From NCBI GenBank assembly GCA_021432655.1, contig MU271266.1, positions 4,288 through 68,287 of the forward strand: a stretch of 64,000 nucleotides of DNA. Direction: 5' to 3'. Below, one piece after another: positions 40,940 to 53,800 of the stretch. Under the pieces are notes generated by a model. It had not been told where the DNA came from and ran no database searches. It saw only the letters and a list, made by a program, of their open reading frames with translations. A program made the position numbers and the translations under genes. The first letter of the stretch is position 1, and every line of letters starts with the position of its first letter. This stretch comes from Atractiella rhizophila (Eukaryota).

Positions 40940-41248
40940 GTGGTTGCTTTAAAGGACAGCTCGTTAGTATCACTGCCATCAGCATGTTGTATCATTCATT
41001 CGCATTAAACGTCTAATAAGGATAGCAAATTGGATAATATTTTTCTGATTGGCAATTACCGAAAGATGAAAAGATGTGCCAACAATCATTAACTTCGTTT
41101 TCCTCTCCTAGTCTCCTAGACTGTGTCTAACAGATGTGGGATTTAAGGATAATTCATTACACGAACAATGGGAGTATAATAAGGAACATGAAGGGCTGCT
41201 TCCAATCCCTCAAGAATATTCGAATGATCATCCATCGGTCTACATTCC

Positions 41249-41741
41249 TCAAGCAGTAAGGCTTGCGAACCAATCAAACCAATTGGCATAGGGAGAATAG
41301 TCCGCGCCACGTTTTGCCATACCATCCGACTTTTTCGCTGCCATCGCATCCACCTCTTCTTGGTCGCACGCGCAGACGTACATACAATTCATGGCGCACT
41401 GGGAATCGGATGAGCGCCAGATATAATGCATGACAGGAATAAATGGAAGGAGACGATGAACGCACATGCACGGTATTGCTTTTGGTATCCATCTCCTTGC
41501 AAATATTGATGCACTATGAGTTCTGCTTAAGACAGCGTAGCGAAATGGATGGAGAAGCCAAACTTACTGTCGAGCAGTTGGGACAGCTCCTCTTGACGAG
41601 ACTGGACGCCTGCTCATCGGTAAGCTGTCACCGTCGGTCAGCACACGATCAGATCGAGATGAGGGATGCAAAATGTACAGCTGGGGTAGCCAAAACTGAG
41701 AAGGCTAACGAGAAGATGACGAGACTTCGTGAAAGCATCAT
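41249..41741 (-). CDS. Small secreted cysteine-rich protein, about 105 aa, 4 exons, two KR sites
   Basis: Hand-spliced: MMLSRSLVIFSLAFSVLATPA/LTDEQASSLVKRSCPNCST/CINICKEMDTKSNTVH/CAMNCMYVCACDQEEVDAMAAKKSDGMAKRGADYSPYANWFDWFASLTA*; TATAAAA at 41829-41835. Confidence 0.75.
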
Positions 41742-42389
41742 CTCCGACAGGGTTCGTTGGAAGTAGGCGACGGTATAGGAGACGGGAGAGGAGGACGAAG
41801 GGTACTGTAGAAGGATCATACGGCAACGTTTTATAGATGCTATAAAGATGTACAGCCTACTGTCCCTTGATCCAGGCATAGCATGTCATGTTGGCCATTT
41901 CTGTACATGATGAGTACAGTTAGTGAGCTTGACGCCCAATTCAAAGAGCTACTCATTTGTACAGAAGCTGATTGTAGTTACAAAGTACTGGCAAGCGAAA
42001 GGCGTTAAGCAGCAACAAGCCCACCGACCTCCGCGGTAGCTGAGAACACCTCACCACACCAAGACCACATGATATTCATTTGCACCAAACATTGATGAAT
42101 TCATTTTTACCGGCTAAGGTGAGCTGCCTGAAGAAAAGGGAGGGGACGACGCGCACAATATAGAAACGCAGCTCGAAAGCGATGAGAAAAATATATCGTT
42201 ATTGTCTCGCCTCTCTGAATGATTCAGGGTTTCCAACGTCTCATGAAGATTGCAAGAGTCATTGAGGGTTTTGATTGACAGTTATTACATCGCGAAAGAC
42301 GAAGATTTTGAGGCCAATTGAAGTGTAAGGGATAAAAAAGATGCGAATGCAAGCAGCTGAATGCCTTTGTGAACTTGAAAAGGTGATAA

Positions 42390-45300
42390 TCACGAGCTTG
42401 AATGCGAGGAAGACCCGACATGCAATGGTTCCTTGGGAGCGACGATATGCAAGACTTTGGGTTTTGGTGCTTCGAGAAGGGGAAGATGACTATTCGAATA
42501 ATACGGAATATTCGAGTATTCTGGCGGGTAGTAACTGATTCCGTAGTACGGATTCAACTGGGGTTGAACACCATACTCTTGGATCGGCGGAAGCTGCATT
42601 GGAGACCTGAGCGGACTGCCCTTTGTTGATGTACCTGATTGGTGTTGGGATGCTCCATGTGGCCGTTCGGGACGCGCGTGAGAATAAGAGCCAGCTAGCC
42701 AGACGGCGGGGACCGCAGAGGGAGGAGGATAATAAGTCCCCATTCCGGGATCGGGGTAATAGTGGCGATTCGGCCAAAGCGCTTCATGCTGTGGTGGATA
42801 CAGTGACAGTGGCGGAGGAGCTTGATAGTGCATCGACAATGGTGGCGATTCTTCTTTCTTGACCACATCCACAGTCGAACGCCTTGAACGTGTGGGTGTT
42901 TTCCGCTTGGTCCTGATGTTTTTCGTTGGAGGTGGAGCTTTGGAATTCGACCGTGATCTTGTTGATTTAGAAGTGGATGCTGTTGCGCTCTTCCTACGCT
43001 TGGTAGGCGGCGCTGCTGCACAAAGCGTCAGAATTGGTTCCGAAGGCAACAAAACCTCACATTGTTCTGCTTCCATCTGTGGTGGCGCCAGAACAGTGAG
43101 GAGAGCAGGCTGGACTAGCTCTTGCACTCTGCGACTCCTTCGTAGAAGTGGGAAGGTTTCACCACTTGGATCTGCTTGTTTATAGTGTTGAGCGTAGGTC
43201 TGGAGCGCAGTCTGCAAAAGTGAGAGTGTCACGCCAGCCGTCCCATTTGGGGCAATGACGTACCATCTTAGTCAGTTGATCTCTCGTCGAGATTTCGTGT
43301 AACGGCCGCCCTGGCTTTGACTTGGCGTTGTGACTTTTACAAAGCATAATCGGCGTAAGAGCACCTGCATTCAGTTTAAGACGATGTGTTGCTGAAAAAT
43401 GTGAGAGCATACCTTTATCACCTCTAAAAGAAACTTCGATCCCAGTCTTCTTTTTCCGTACCACTTTGACGGGCTTCATGGTGAAAGCGAATCTGAAGGA
43501 TCCGGCAGCCCACGCGCAACCGACATGAGCGTGAGTACTACACTCATCACAAGCAATTGTTGCGCCGCGACCACTCTGTTCGCAGACCGTACAAATCTAT
43601 GTGTTCTTTGTCAGGGTTGTCAACTCTCACACGTTTGCACCACGGCACCCACAGTGTCTCGATTCTTCACACTCATGCAGCCTTCAGCGACTTTCATCAA
43701 TTTCGTCTGCCGAAAGACGACTTGTGGATGCCACAAGGCACATATGAGATGAACGAATCTAAGTGAAAGGCATCAGCTGCGATAAACAGCGGAACTCTGG
43801 TCACGCCTACCCGTCCCATTCGGTTGGTTTCAAGCAATCTAGTGCGCTTAATGTGTCCTCGAGTGTCACCTCCATGGGAGGGCAAAGTGCACAACTGGGG
43901 TTCTATGTAACGCTTAGTGTTCAACCCGATCGGATCATTCATTGTGACCAACCTCAACTGGTGCTTCTTTGACGCCGCAGAGCTCGCACTTCCACTCCTG
44001 CGAGTCCTTCTCGTCATCGATTCCGTAGCACCCTGATACTACGAGTGAGCCACTCCTTCACAAAAAGGAACAAAGCGGTACCAGCATGAACAGACATTCC
44101 ACAGTTTGTGCAAACATATAAAGATGCTTTTGGGTCTAGTCTTTTGCAGATGAGGCATCTGTTGGTGGTAAATCAGCTGGCAGATGAGGCAGTGGAAAAG
44201 TGAGAGCGCACGGTTTCGGAGGTAAAGGTTTAGGAGACGGAGGGGGTGGGGTGGGTTGTTTCGTCACTTTGGGTGGGAGAGGCGGCGGCGGTTCTCTGGT
44301 CTTCGTCAATGTGGGGGCAGCTTTTAACTATGTCCTCAAAGTTAGTAAGGTCAGAGAACCACGCAGGAACATGACACCTCTGCATTCTTGGATCGTCCCG
44401 TGCTCGCTCCTGCACCAGAACAAACTTCAGCGGGAACGTTCAAGGAGGGAGAGGATACGCTCACGACTTTTCTTCACCAGCGCGGGTTCAGCGACAAGCG
44501 GGAGGACTGGCGGCGGAGGTTGAACGTTCCCATCTGCAACATGATGAGGAAGTCATCCACGGCACTATTTGAGCGCTCACAGCATCTCCAATGGAGTCCG
44601 CAGGTCTCGCACATCCATCTATTCTCTCCCTTTCCTCCTGTCTTCATCCCAATATGTTCTGGGCATCGATACCACCTCTCGCTCTGTCGCGTCTCACACA
44701 CCAAGCACCTTCCGCGTGCAATTTCTGGCGGAGGCGAGCCGCACATCGACTCCTCCTCAACCGCTGCGTTCGTCGTCGAAATGTCGTTTGCTGCTGCCGC
44801 TAGCTTCTTCTCCTCGAGGAGGGAAGGGGAGTCTCCTTGATACTTATGCCTATTCTCCTTCTTTTCAGCAAACAAACTCGGGGAAAGGCTAAAGAAGGAA
44901 AGGATGACGCACCCGTGCCTCACATACCAATACCTTGTAACTTCCCACCCCGGTTTCTTTCCCCCCATCTTCCTAACCACTTTCCCTAGGTCATCCCCGT
45001 GAGCCTTGACAGCATCGTCGAACACCTTTAGGTCCTGCTCCGGCCAGGAGAAATCATTATTTCTCACACTGAGCTTCTCCAGCGCAGTGATTATTTCTGG
45101 ACCTGATGATCCCTGTTGTACCATTTGAACAGCCTTGTTGACCAGCGCGACCCCGACGTGTTTGTATGATTGGAGGGCGATAAGATGGTCCATGTCCGCT
45201 TCAAAAAGTCATCAAACGAAGGTAACCATGTAGAAACGCAAAGAAGAACGAACGTAGACGTGAATTATTAGACTCATTGCCCGCGTAAAGGAGAGTAGAA

Positions 45301-46720
45301 GTCTCGTCAGTGCCACGGCACAGAATTCCATCATCTTCATTCTCGTTCCTCTGCCTCTTTCCAAGAGTACTGGTCGTCACAGGCTGAGGTTCGCCTGACC
45401 ACTCCGGAACGATTGCCTGAAATTTTGGTCCGAATCTCTGGTCACGATGTCCTGATCAGTTATTCGTATGATTGAAGGAAAGCAAGTCTTACTGTTGATG
45501 CTCGAGGGTGTGGAGAGTCGTGAGGGACTAGGGAAGATTTGCATGAACTCAAGTGGAAGAATGGTAAGATAGACGCACCAAGTACGCTATATGGATCACA
45601 GTGCTCGCCAAAGTACCGAAACGGCCAACCATTAGTCAACTTCAGCTGACCAACATCCTCTAGCCCACTCCCTTTCACTTTTCCTTTCCAAAGTCGCAGT
45701 CGATTAGTTGCTGTCAAACAAACAGAAAATAAGGGATTGGATACCTTTCCTGGTACCCGAATCCTTAGCTTTCACCCTGTCCCTTAGCCCGTCTCCCGTC
45801 CCAGCACCTTTCGTACAACCGGTACACGCCCACACGTATCCCGAAGCTGGTTTTCGCAGCATAGGAGGATCGAGGCAGGCAAGATGGAAGGCTCGTTCAC
45901 ATAACGAGCAACAAACGGATTCGGCACTGATAACAAACAGAAAACATTTAGAGCACGGGTACGGAAAGAGAAGGGACTGCGAACGTGATGGCCCATTTGC
46001 GGCATTGAACGCAAGATTGAGAGGGGAGAAGGAGGTCTGAGGAACGAGGCGGTTCGACAAAAACAAAGGTGTAGGATTGTTGGAGGTGCGAGAGCACTTC
46101 AGCTGTTCATGCATGACGAGTGTCAGGTATGCGTGGAGGGAATTCAATAGTAGGAGAGCCGTACGAGGCGCGTTCTTAATTCGAGAAGTGGGGACGACAT
46201 CGAAGGCGCGATGGATGTAGCGGTCGTATAACTGTAGTAATTGTCAGCACCGTCGGAACGCCATGATTGAGGCAGGAGCCAGGTTAAAGCTCACCTGAGA
46301 GAACCAGAATCGATCTTCCGTCTTCTTCCAAGCCTCCCACTCGCCGCCCTTGAGCTCATCCCTGTGCTTGACATAGCATTTTTTTCGCAAAAACTGCACA
46401 GGACACACATCGCAGTGCATCGTCGCCACGACTTGTCTCCCATCTGACCGTGCACGAGCCGAGATGTCTCTTTGACGGAGGTAATAAGCGACCCTGGCCT
46501 TGTTGTAGCTGTTGCCCCTCGGTTCGAGAAATTCCATTATCCTGCATATGAGATAAGGCTCAGAATCCCTCGTGCTCCATGGGGGAGACAAGTAGACATG
46601 GTCTGTGACGGCCATGCATTCCAGGATGAGCTGAGGGAGGTGAAATTCGAATGGACACATACCGTTTTGGCGCAGGATCTCGCCATAGAGGGTGAACGTG
46701 CCGCTGCTGGTGGAAGCCAT
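42390..46720 (-). CDS. SNT2: Snt2-like chromatin protein (BAH, PHD, ELM2/SANT and extended PHD domains)
   Basis: DHVYLSPPWS..EPYLICRIMEF (BAH), CSLCERAFHLACLDPPMLRKPASGYVWAC (PHD), GWPFRYFGEH, WPEQDLKVFDDAV (SANT), FVHLICALWHP...CTVCEQ...ACDECSTHAHVGCAW (ePHD). Confidence 0.9.
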
Positions 46721-46854
46721 GGTCGTTCTGAGTAAAAATCGAGCGATACCGTCTTTCAGTCATCCGCTGCCAAACTTTGTTCTAACTTCCGTCAACGACC
46801 AAAGCCAGCCTTCAGGTGACACCACCACAGGATACGCTCAAGAGCAGGCTCAGG

Positions 46855-48333
46855 ATGGCCGAGCGAACTGGAACAGTCAGGGCGAGGTCGAGCTACGTCC
46901 TGGGCACAATCTACTTGCTCGTGGTAGTCTTCTTGTGGACGTTGTAGGCCTCCTGCATGAATTTCCAAGTTGTAATGCTTATTTTTCTGCTTTTCTTCAG
47001 GTCTTCATTCATCATGAACGTGAGTTCTTTCTCATGGATCGTCCGATATTCTCAGCAACGGAGTGATTAGACTATGTTTCTCGATTTGAATTGGCCAAAA
47101 CCATTTCTAACCACCTACCTTGCGACCTCCTCCTTCTCCCTTTACCTTCTGAAACCAGCCTTTCTACTCCTCCAGGCTCGATACAAAGGTTCTCCAAAGA
47201 GGGAGTTCGTATCTTACTTCCCATCTTCTAAGTGTACTGACCCGATCGCAGTGGATACGAACCCGTAGCTCGAGAAGAAACTGCACCAGATGCTGACTCG
47301 AAACCGCCCCCGCGTCAATTAACGATCAAAGAGACGTCCAATCTCGCACTCATCTTCTGTTTCCTCTGGTTTGCCGCGAACTGGGCTTCAAACGCTGCCC
47401 TCGGACTGACGACCGTGTCATCCGTCACGATTTTAGTCTCCACTTCTGGTGTGTGCCTTCGGTCTTCTTCTGATTTGCAAGGTATTTGAGCGCTCATTGT
47501 CGACGTAGGATTCTTTACGCTTGCCATCGGAAGTGCAGCGGGTGTGGAAAGCTTCTCACTGCCAAAATTGCTGGCTGTGACAGCTAGGTAGCTCGTCACC
47601 TCTTCATGCATGCGAGTTGTGTGCTAACCGTGTGAAAGTGTACTGGGAGTGATCCTCGTCTCCAAATCAGATACTTCGATCACGCCTCTTATAGAAACAC
47701 CAGTTGAAGCAGATCATGACATCCTTTCTCGAGGTGAGGGAACGCCTTCCGCACCTCATCCCCTACTTGGAGACCTCCTCGCTCTGCTCTCAGCATTCAT
47801 CTATGCACGTGCGTCCTGTTTTCATCCTTCCCATACAGCATACTCAGGCAATATATTACCTAGTTTATGTGACCCTCCTCAAAGTACGAATCCCGCATCC
47901 ATCTCAAATCAAGATGTCACTCTTCTTCGGCTTTGTAGGACTATACAACATCCTCCTCCTCTTCCCCATCATCCCTCTTCTCCACTACCTCCAAATCGAA
48001 CGCTTTGTTCTCCCCAAGGTTCAAAGCTCTGGACCTCGATCGCTATCAATTCCTCTATAACTTTCGTCTCCGATCTCGTCTACGTCAAAGCGCTCCTCTT
48101 GACTAGCCCTGTCGGAGTCACTCTCGGCCTGTCTCTGACTATTCCACTTGCTGGTTCGTCTCTCTCCGCTCAGAGCCCCTGAAACTCAATGACAGTACCT
48201 GGGAGTAGTGATTGGAGACCTCGCGAGGGGCATCCCTGTCGGCGGAACCATGTTCTTCTTTGGCGCTGCACTCGTGCTGGGAGGTTTCATTGGTGTAGGA
48301 TTGCTTGATAATGAGGGGGGAAATTCTCATTGA
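46855..48333 (+). CDS. DMT-superfamily transporter (SLC35F5/Thi74/YML018C-like)
   Basis: YVLGTIYLLVVVFLWT, WPKPFLTTYLATSSFSLYL, FCFLWFAANW, GDLLALLSA, FFGFVGLYN and TLGLSLTIPLA. Confidence 0.9.
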
Positions 48334-48908
48334 TTGTCATTGTGTCATTCGGTTAGACTTCATAGAAGTGGAATGTTGTATGTTGCATCTTTCTGACATC
48401 TACTGATCACCAGGAGTGACCAAAGGAGTTGTCTTCCCCAACACTATCACCGTGAAAGTTGATCTTGTTCCGTCACGATTTTTCAATACTTGGTGGGATG
48501 GCGAGTTGGAGGAACAGCCTGCGGGTTCAAAAGGGCGGAAAATAGTTTCCAGATTCAATGTGTGTCTATGTAAAATGCTGGAAACACCAAACCCGCAGAG
48601 GTTCGAAAGAGTCCACTAAGTTCCCCGCTCCTTGATCAATTTACGAACCCCCGTCACTGGAGCCTTCCGAATGAAAGAATGGAACTGAACACCAATTCGG
48701 GTAGGCCAAGGTGTTGAGGTGGACCTCTCATTGATTTGGAGAGGATGATCAGTGTCTCCGTCGTCGGGTGAAAAATTCGCTAACGCGGCGAGGTGGAGAC
48801 TGAGGTGACACAGTGCGTGAGAGGAAACAAGGGAGAGCACATAAAAAGCAAGCTGTTAATGGAAGAAATGTAAGTGCTCGAGCTCTTTGCGCGCGAAAGA
48901 AGAAAGAA

Positions 48909-50507
48909 ATGGCTACTGGTATGTTGTTGAAATAGCCCATACTACCACCTCTACTGATGTAATTATTGGGATGAAGCGGATATCCCCCCACTCGCGAGGT
49001 ATAGAGTCTTATCTCCAAAATGCCCTTTGAAAGTTTCTCCTTTATGCTTGGGAGCAATGTCGCTTGGAGCCAAAATGGGAAAAGAGTTTGCCTCTCGCTC
49101 CAGCCGTGTTCTTCCCTAAGAACTCTGGACTAGTTTTGGAGAAGTGACGCTAGAGGAGGCTTTCGCCTATCTGGACCATTATTACAATCAAGGAGGTGAG
49201 TATGCATTTGTTTCACGGTCGAGAACCGAATAGTAACTTCACTTGACAGGAAATTTCATAGACACCGCCGTATCGTATCAGAAAGGCGATTCTGAAAAGT
49301 ATGTTGGAGCATGGATGAAAGCTCGCGGTACTCTTCTCTCTCCTTCTCACACTATCATATCAAGACTAACAATCTCGATCTCTCTTTATCACAAGGGAAT
49401 CGAAACGACATGGTGATCGCAACCAAATTCAGTGGCTACTCTCCCGATGAAGAAAGGCCAATCAAGATTAACTACGTTGGCAATCACGCCAAATCGATGA
49501 AGCTTGCGCTTGAGACTTCGCTTGAGAGGGTAAGTGCGGAGCGGTCTGCAAAGGACGAGAGCGCTTAATGAACTCTAGCTCCAAACCGACTACATCGATA
49601 TCTTCTACGTCCATTGGGGAGAACACCTGGTCAGCCCTCCTCAACTTATGCAGGCGTTGCACCATCTCGTCACCTCAGGCAAAGTGCTCTACCTCGGCAT
49701 TTCTGACACTCCAGCTTGGTTTGTGGCCAGCTGTAACGCCTACGCAAGGTGCATGGGACTGTCTGAGTTCAGCGTCTACCAAGGTTGGTGGTCTCTCGCC
49801 GTGAGAGATATGGAAAAGGAAGTTCTTCCCATGTGCAGGAGTGAAGGGATGGCGTTAGTACCTTTTGGTGTAATGGGAGCTGGCAAGTTCAGAAGTCAGA
49901 AGGTTGGCTTTCCTCCTAATTTCGAAACTTGGGCACTGAACTGAAAGGGACGACCCATGTAGCAAGTGGAAGAGTTAAAGCAGAAAGGGCAATCGTTTCG
50001 AACGGCCCCTGGATATGGAGATGCGTCTCAAAGCGAAAGCGATATCAAGGTATCTGCAACCCTGGAAGAAGTAGGGGACGAGATCGGCGTCCCTTTGCAG
50101 TCTGTGGCACTTGCTCATATGCTACAAAAGGCGCCGCACGTCTTCCCACTCATTGGTGGTAGAAAGATTGAGCAATTGTCGAGCAATATCGAGGTATGCA
50201 CGTCCTTTCAGCTGCTACAGCAACTCGGTCGCTGAAAAGGACAAAGGCATTGAAGGTTTCCTTGACGGAAGAGCAAGTCGTAAAGCTCGAAGCGGCTTCT
50301 CCTTTAGATCCTGGATTTCCGTATTGGATCTGCGGGTAAGGCTTTCCAACTACTCCCCTCCAGAACTGACACTAAGAATAAATATGAAGAACCGATCCCA
50401 CCACAAATGGAGGAAAGATGAGCTGGAGCATGGCACAAGGTGGTCATGTGGATTATGTCCAGGCTGCGGTAGCATTGCAGTCCAATGTGGCTGGCACGCG
50501 CATCTGA
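48909..50507 (+). CDS. Aldo-keto reductase of the aryl-alcohol dehydrogenase / norsolorinic acid reductase type
   Basis: RYRVLSP..LKVSPLCLGAM, GNFIDTA, MVIATKF, GNHAKSM, LQTDYIDIFYVHW, GKVLYLGISDTPAW and FPLIGGRKIEQL. Confidence 0.92.
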
Positions 50508-50827
50508 GGATCATGATAAGGCCAACTTGAGAATAATGAGAAAATATGATGGGATGCTGCAATGGTTTGGAATGCGATCATCAATGTGGAACCTCATCAA
50601 TCATCTCATTCCCATCGAGTTCACGTCACATTGAGGAGTACTACTCTCGATTCACTTTGATACCTGTGTGGTTGGTGACTGGCCACGGGTAGAGCATGTA
50701 ATGCTGACAGATTTAGCGTGTTCGGAACATCTTCGGCAAGACTTCCAAAGCAAATCCAGAACGTTGCGATGCTACTTGGGTTGCGAGGCTGAAGAAACAC
50801 GCTACCTTCATCCAACCAAATCAGGAA

Positions 50828-53800
50828 TTATGTAGCTTGCGAGCCCCTTCCTCTCCCCCTTCCGCGGAACATCATTCCTCTCGCCCTGTTAAACGGTGGG
50901 GGATCGGACGGGCTTTGAACGTTCCAGTTCTGGCCACCTCCCAACCCCCCTCTCATGAGCCATGGTCCGCCTCTCCCTCTCTGGTTCTGGTGTGGCGCGG
51001 GACTGTGTCCATTCGTGAGAGTATTCCGTAGCGCTTCGACGCGATCCGACTGAGATTGTTGAGAGTGAGGTGTGCGAGGAGAGGCAGACGTTGGAGAGGA
51101 TGTCACTTGGTGTTGGAGACGCGATGGGTTCGTCAATATGGTGGGACTGTAAAAGAATTTTAGTGACCTTTCTTGTCGCATTGGAGGCTAGAATAAGGGA
51201 CTCACTGAGACCCTCTCCCCCTTCCACCGCGGGCTGGATGAAACCCTCCGGCTGGGAGTCCTCGACTGGGCACTAGAGCAGGTCCTCCCACTTGCCGACC
51301 TCTTGTAACTGGTCCGCCATGATTAGCATGTGGATGTGGTGCTCGCTGCAAAGGAGGTGGGGCAGGTCCAGTACGCGGTGTAACCACAACCTTTTGAGGG
51401 GTCGAAAGGTTGAGGATTGCTGTGGGGAGAATGGATGCACCGCGATAGTCCGAGCACCTATCGACAACCATTCAGCATTCTGCATCGATAGGAGACTGTG
51501 GAAGGGAAGAGAACGAACCGCCCGCCGAGATTACTTCCTGCCATAAAGGGTACATCAAATACTACATCAATCAACGACGATTGCACGCCAATCACCACAC
51601 CCTTCGCTGAAAGTGGGACATTCCCAGTGTCAGAAACCATTATAACTCGGTCTCCAAGACCAAAGGTCTGCCCCTGCAGCCGACTGGCCGTGTGATCAGG
51701 TTTCAGCACTGCCGTACGGGGAATGCCCTTGATTACGGCTTGCTTCATCTTTTCGGGCGTCTTCTGCGACTGCAGTCGATCAGAGAGGGACTCGAGCGTC
51801 TTCACGGAGTCCTGTGCACCGCAGATGCCGTCAGCAAAAGAAAGGCCTGGGGGCGAACGGCACTACTCGCCGGATCCAGTTGGTCCGCATAAAGAGGCAC
51901 CCTTTCCAGATCCGTCACTCCCTTTTTCTTCAGCCAGGAACGGATCTCTTGTAATCGGCCGCCGCCGTCTCCGCCAGGAAAGAAATGGGCGAGGGTCGTA
52001 GGATCTAAGACCGCTGTGAACAGGGATTAAAAGGAGAAGTAAAACCTTACCCCGTCGAGCATCGATGGCGCGAGCGACCTCAGGGAACAGTTTCTGGTAT
52101 CAGCTCGAAGTCAGGTTCTGCAGACTGCGCGCGATGCCACGACTCCTTCGACCAGGAGAACGCACATTATACTCCTCGACCAGTTCCACCGCCTTTTGAC
52201 TAAAATCCCAACCCATCTCCCCCTTCCTGGTGTATCCCAAAACCTTTTGTCCTTTCGCTTCGAACTTTAGCCCCAGTCCGATGTTGGTTTTCCCATCTTT
52301 CGCCATAACCATAAGCGTCGACGTGATTTTGGCGAGTGCAAGTGAGCTGATGCCTATTGCTCGGGCGACATTGGGAGAGGGAAAGTAGAGCGATTTCGAA
52401 TTCGTGCCTGCTAACGTAGATTTGAAAAGAAAGTGCTCTTGGCGATCGTGAACAAAATACTGCAAGCTATGTTCAAAGAGGAACGGAAAGCATGCAAACG
52501 TGAATGACGTACAGCTATCCGAACTGCAAGAGTATTGTTATGATGTCCTAACACTTGCGATGGGACACCATAAGCGTTGCCGCCCAGGAAGAAAACGCGA
52601 CATCCTTCTGGATATTCTTGTTCGATAGGAGCAGCAGCTTTTTCCTAATTACAACATCAGGATGGACAGTGGACTGGGGACAGAACGGACCATGAAACGA
52701 GGGTCTTCAGACGAGACGTTCTCACACGTTGTTTGAAGAGCGTATTCGACCTCTTTCTCCTCGTAATCCTTAACCAACGACCCGTCTTCCAACCGCTTCA
52801 TACCTGTTGCGCATCATGAATGGAGGTTCCGTGCAGCGCAAAAGTGCATACCTTTCAACAACTGGACCTGTAGGATAACTTCCACATTCCCAATTATAGT
52901 ACCCATCCGCTTCGAGTAAACGTGCTCCAACCGCTCCGACAACTTCCTGAATGAGACAAGAGCTTCAGTACCTTGAGGTCTGCCTTCAACTCTCCCGGCA
53001 TCGTCGAAATTGTAAGTAAAAAGCTCGTCCGTCACTTTTGACACTCTTGCCTCTTGGAGATAAGGCCACCCGACATATATGCGCTTGCCGAGTAGGGCAC
53101 GAGCTACCTCTTCAACCTTAAGTCGATCATACCCATTTTCAAGCGTGATAACCATCGTCTCATTCTTGCTTTCCGATTGGAAAATGTTGACTCCGTGAAA
53201 GCCAAGCTGGCCGCCGTGAGAAATGGTGTTAAGTGAGGGAAATCCCGCAATGGCATCTTTTCCCAACAGAACACCCTCACAGAGTCCTTTGACGAGCCGT
53301 AAACCATCAAGGGTGGGAAGGTGATATGGCTCCATCTTGCAGTGAGTATTTGGCATGTCGGGGAAGAAGTTCGGTAGCGACGAAGGGTAGAAGGTCGCAG
53401 TTGTATCGTATCGAAAAGACCAACTGTCTCCGAAGCTATTTCTTGCACGCTCTTCGTCCGTAAGCAAAGGCTCCTTCACTGCAAGCCGTGATTAGCGTTT
53501 CGCTTTGGCCAAAATAAAATAGTTACTGTTCATTGCTTTCAAGAGTCTACTTTCCTCAATGAAGGGAACCTTTACGACCGCCTCCCAATCTTGCTTCTTC
53601 CCATTCATATCCTGTTCGAAATCCAAGGGGTAAAAATCGATGATTGGAGACTCCGAGTTCGTCATCAGTTCCTACCAGACGCAACATGGGCATCTTGGGT
53701 AAACAGCGCTTTAGTACGTACCCGATATGGCTCGGGAACGAGGGCTTTACTCAGACTGGGCAAGACACCCATCAACTGTTCGAAAGGTTTGAAGGGCTTC

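Noticed and set aside
42390..44017. ORFs at 42390-43232, 43180-43479 and 43697-44017 as separate genes
   Set aside because: They lie within the spliced ePHD and C-terminal part of SNT2.
26540..50507. P450, hydrolase, SnoaL and AKR as a secondary-metabolite cluster
   Set aside because: No PKS, NRPS or terpene synthase backbone; the genes are interleaved with housekeeping genes.
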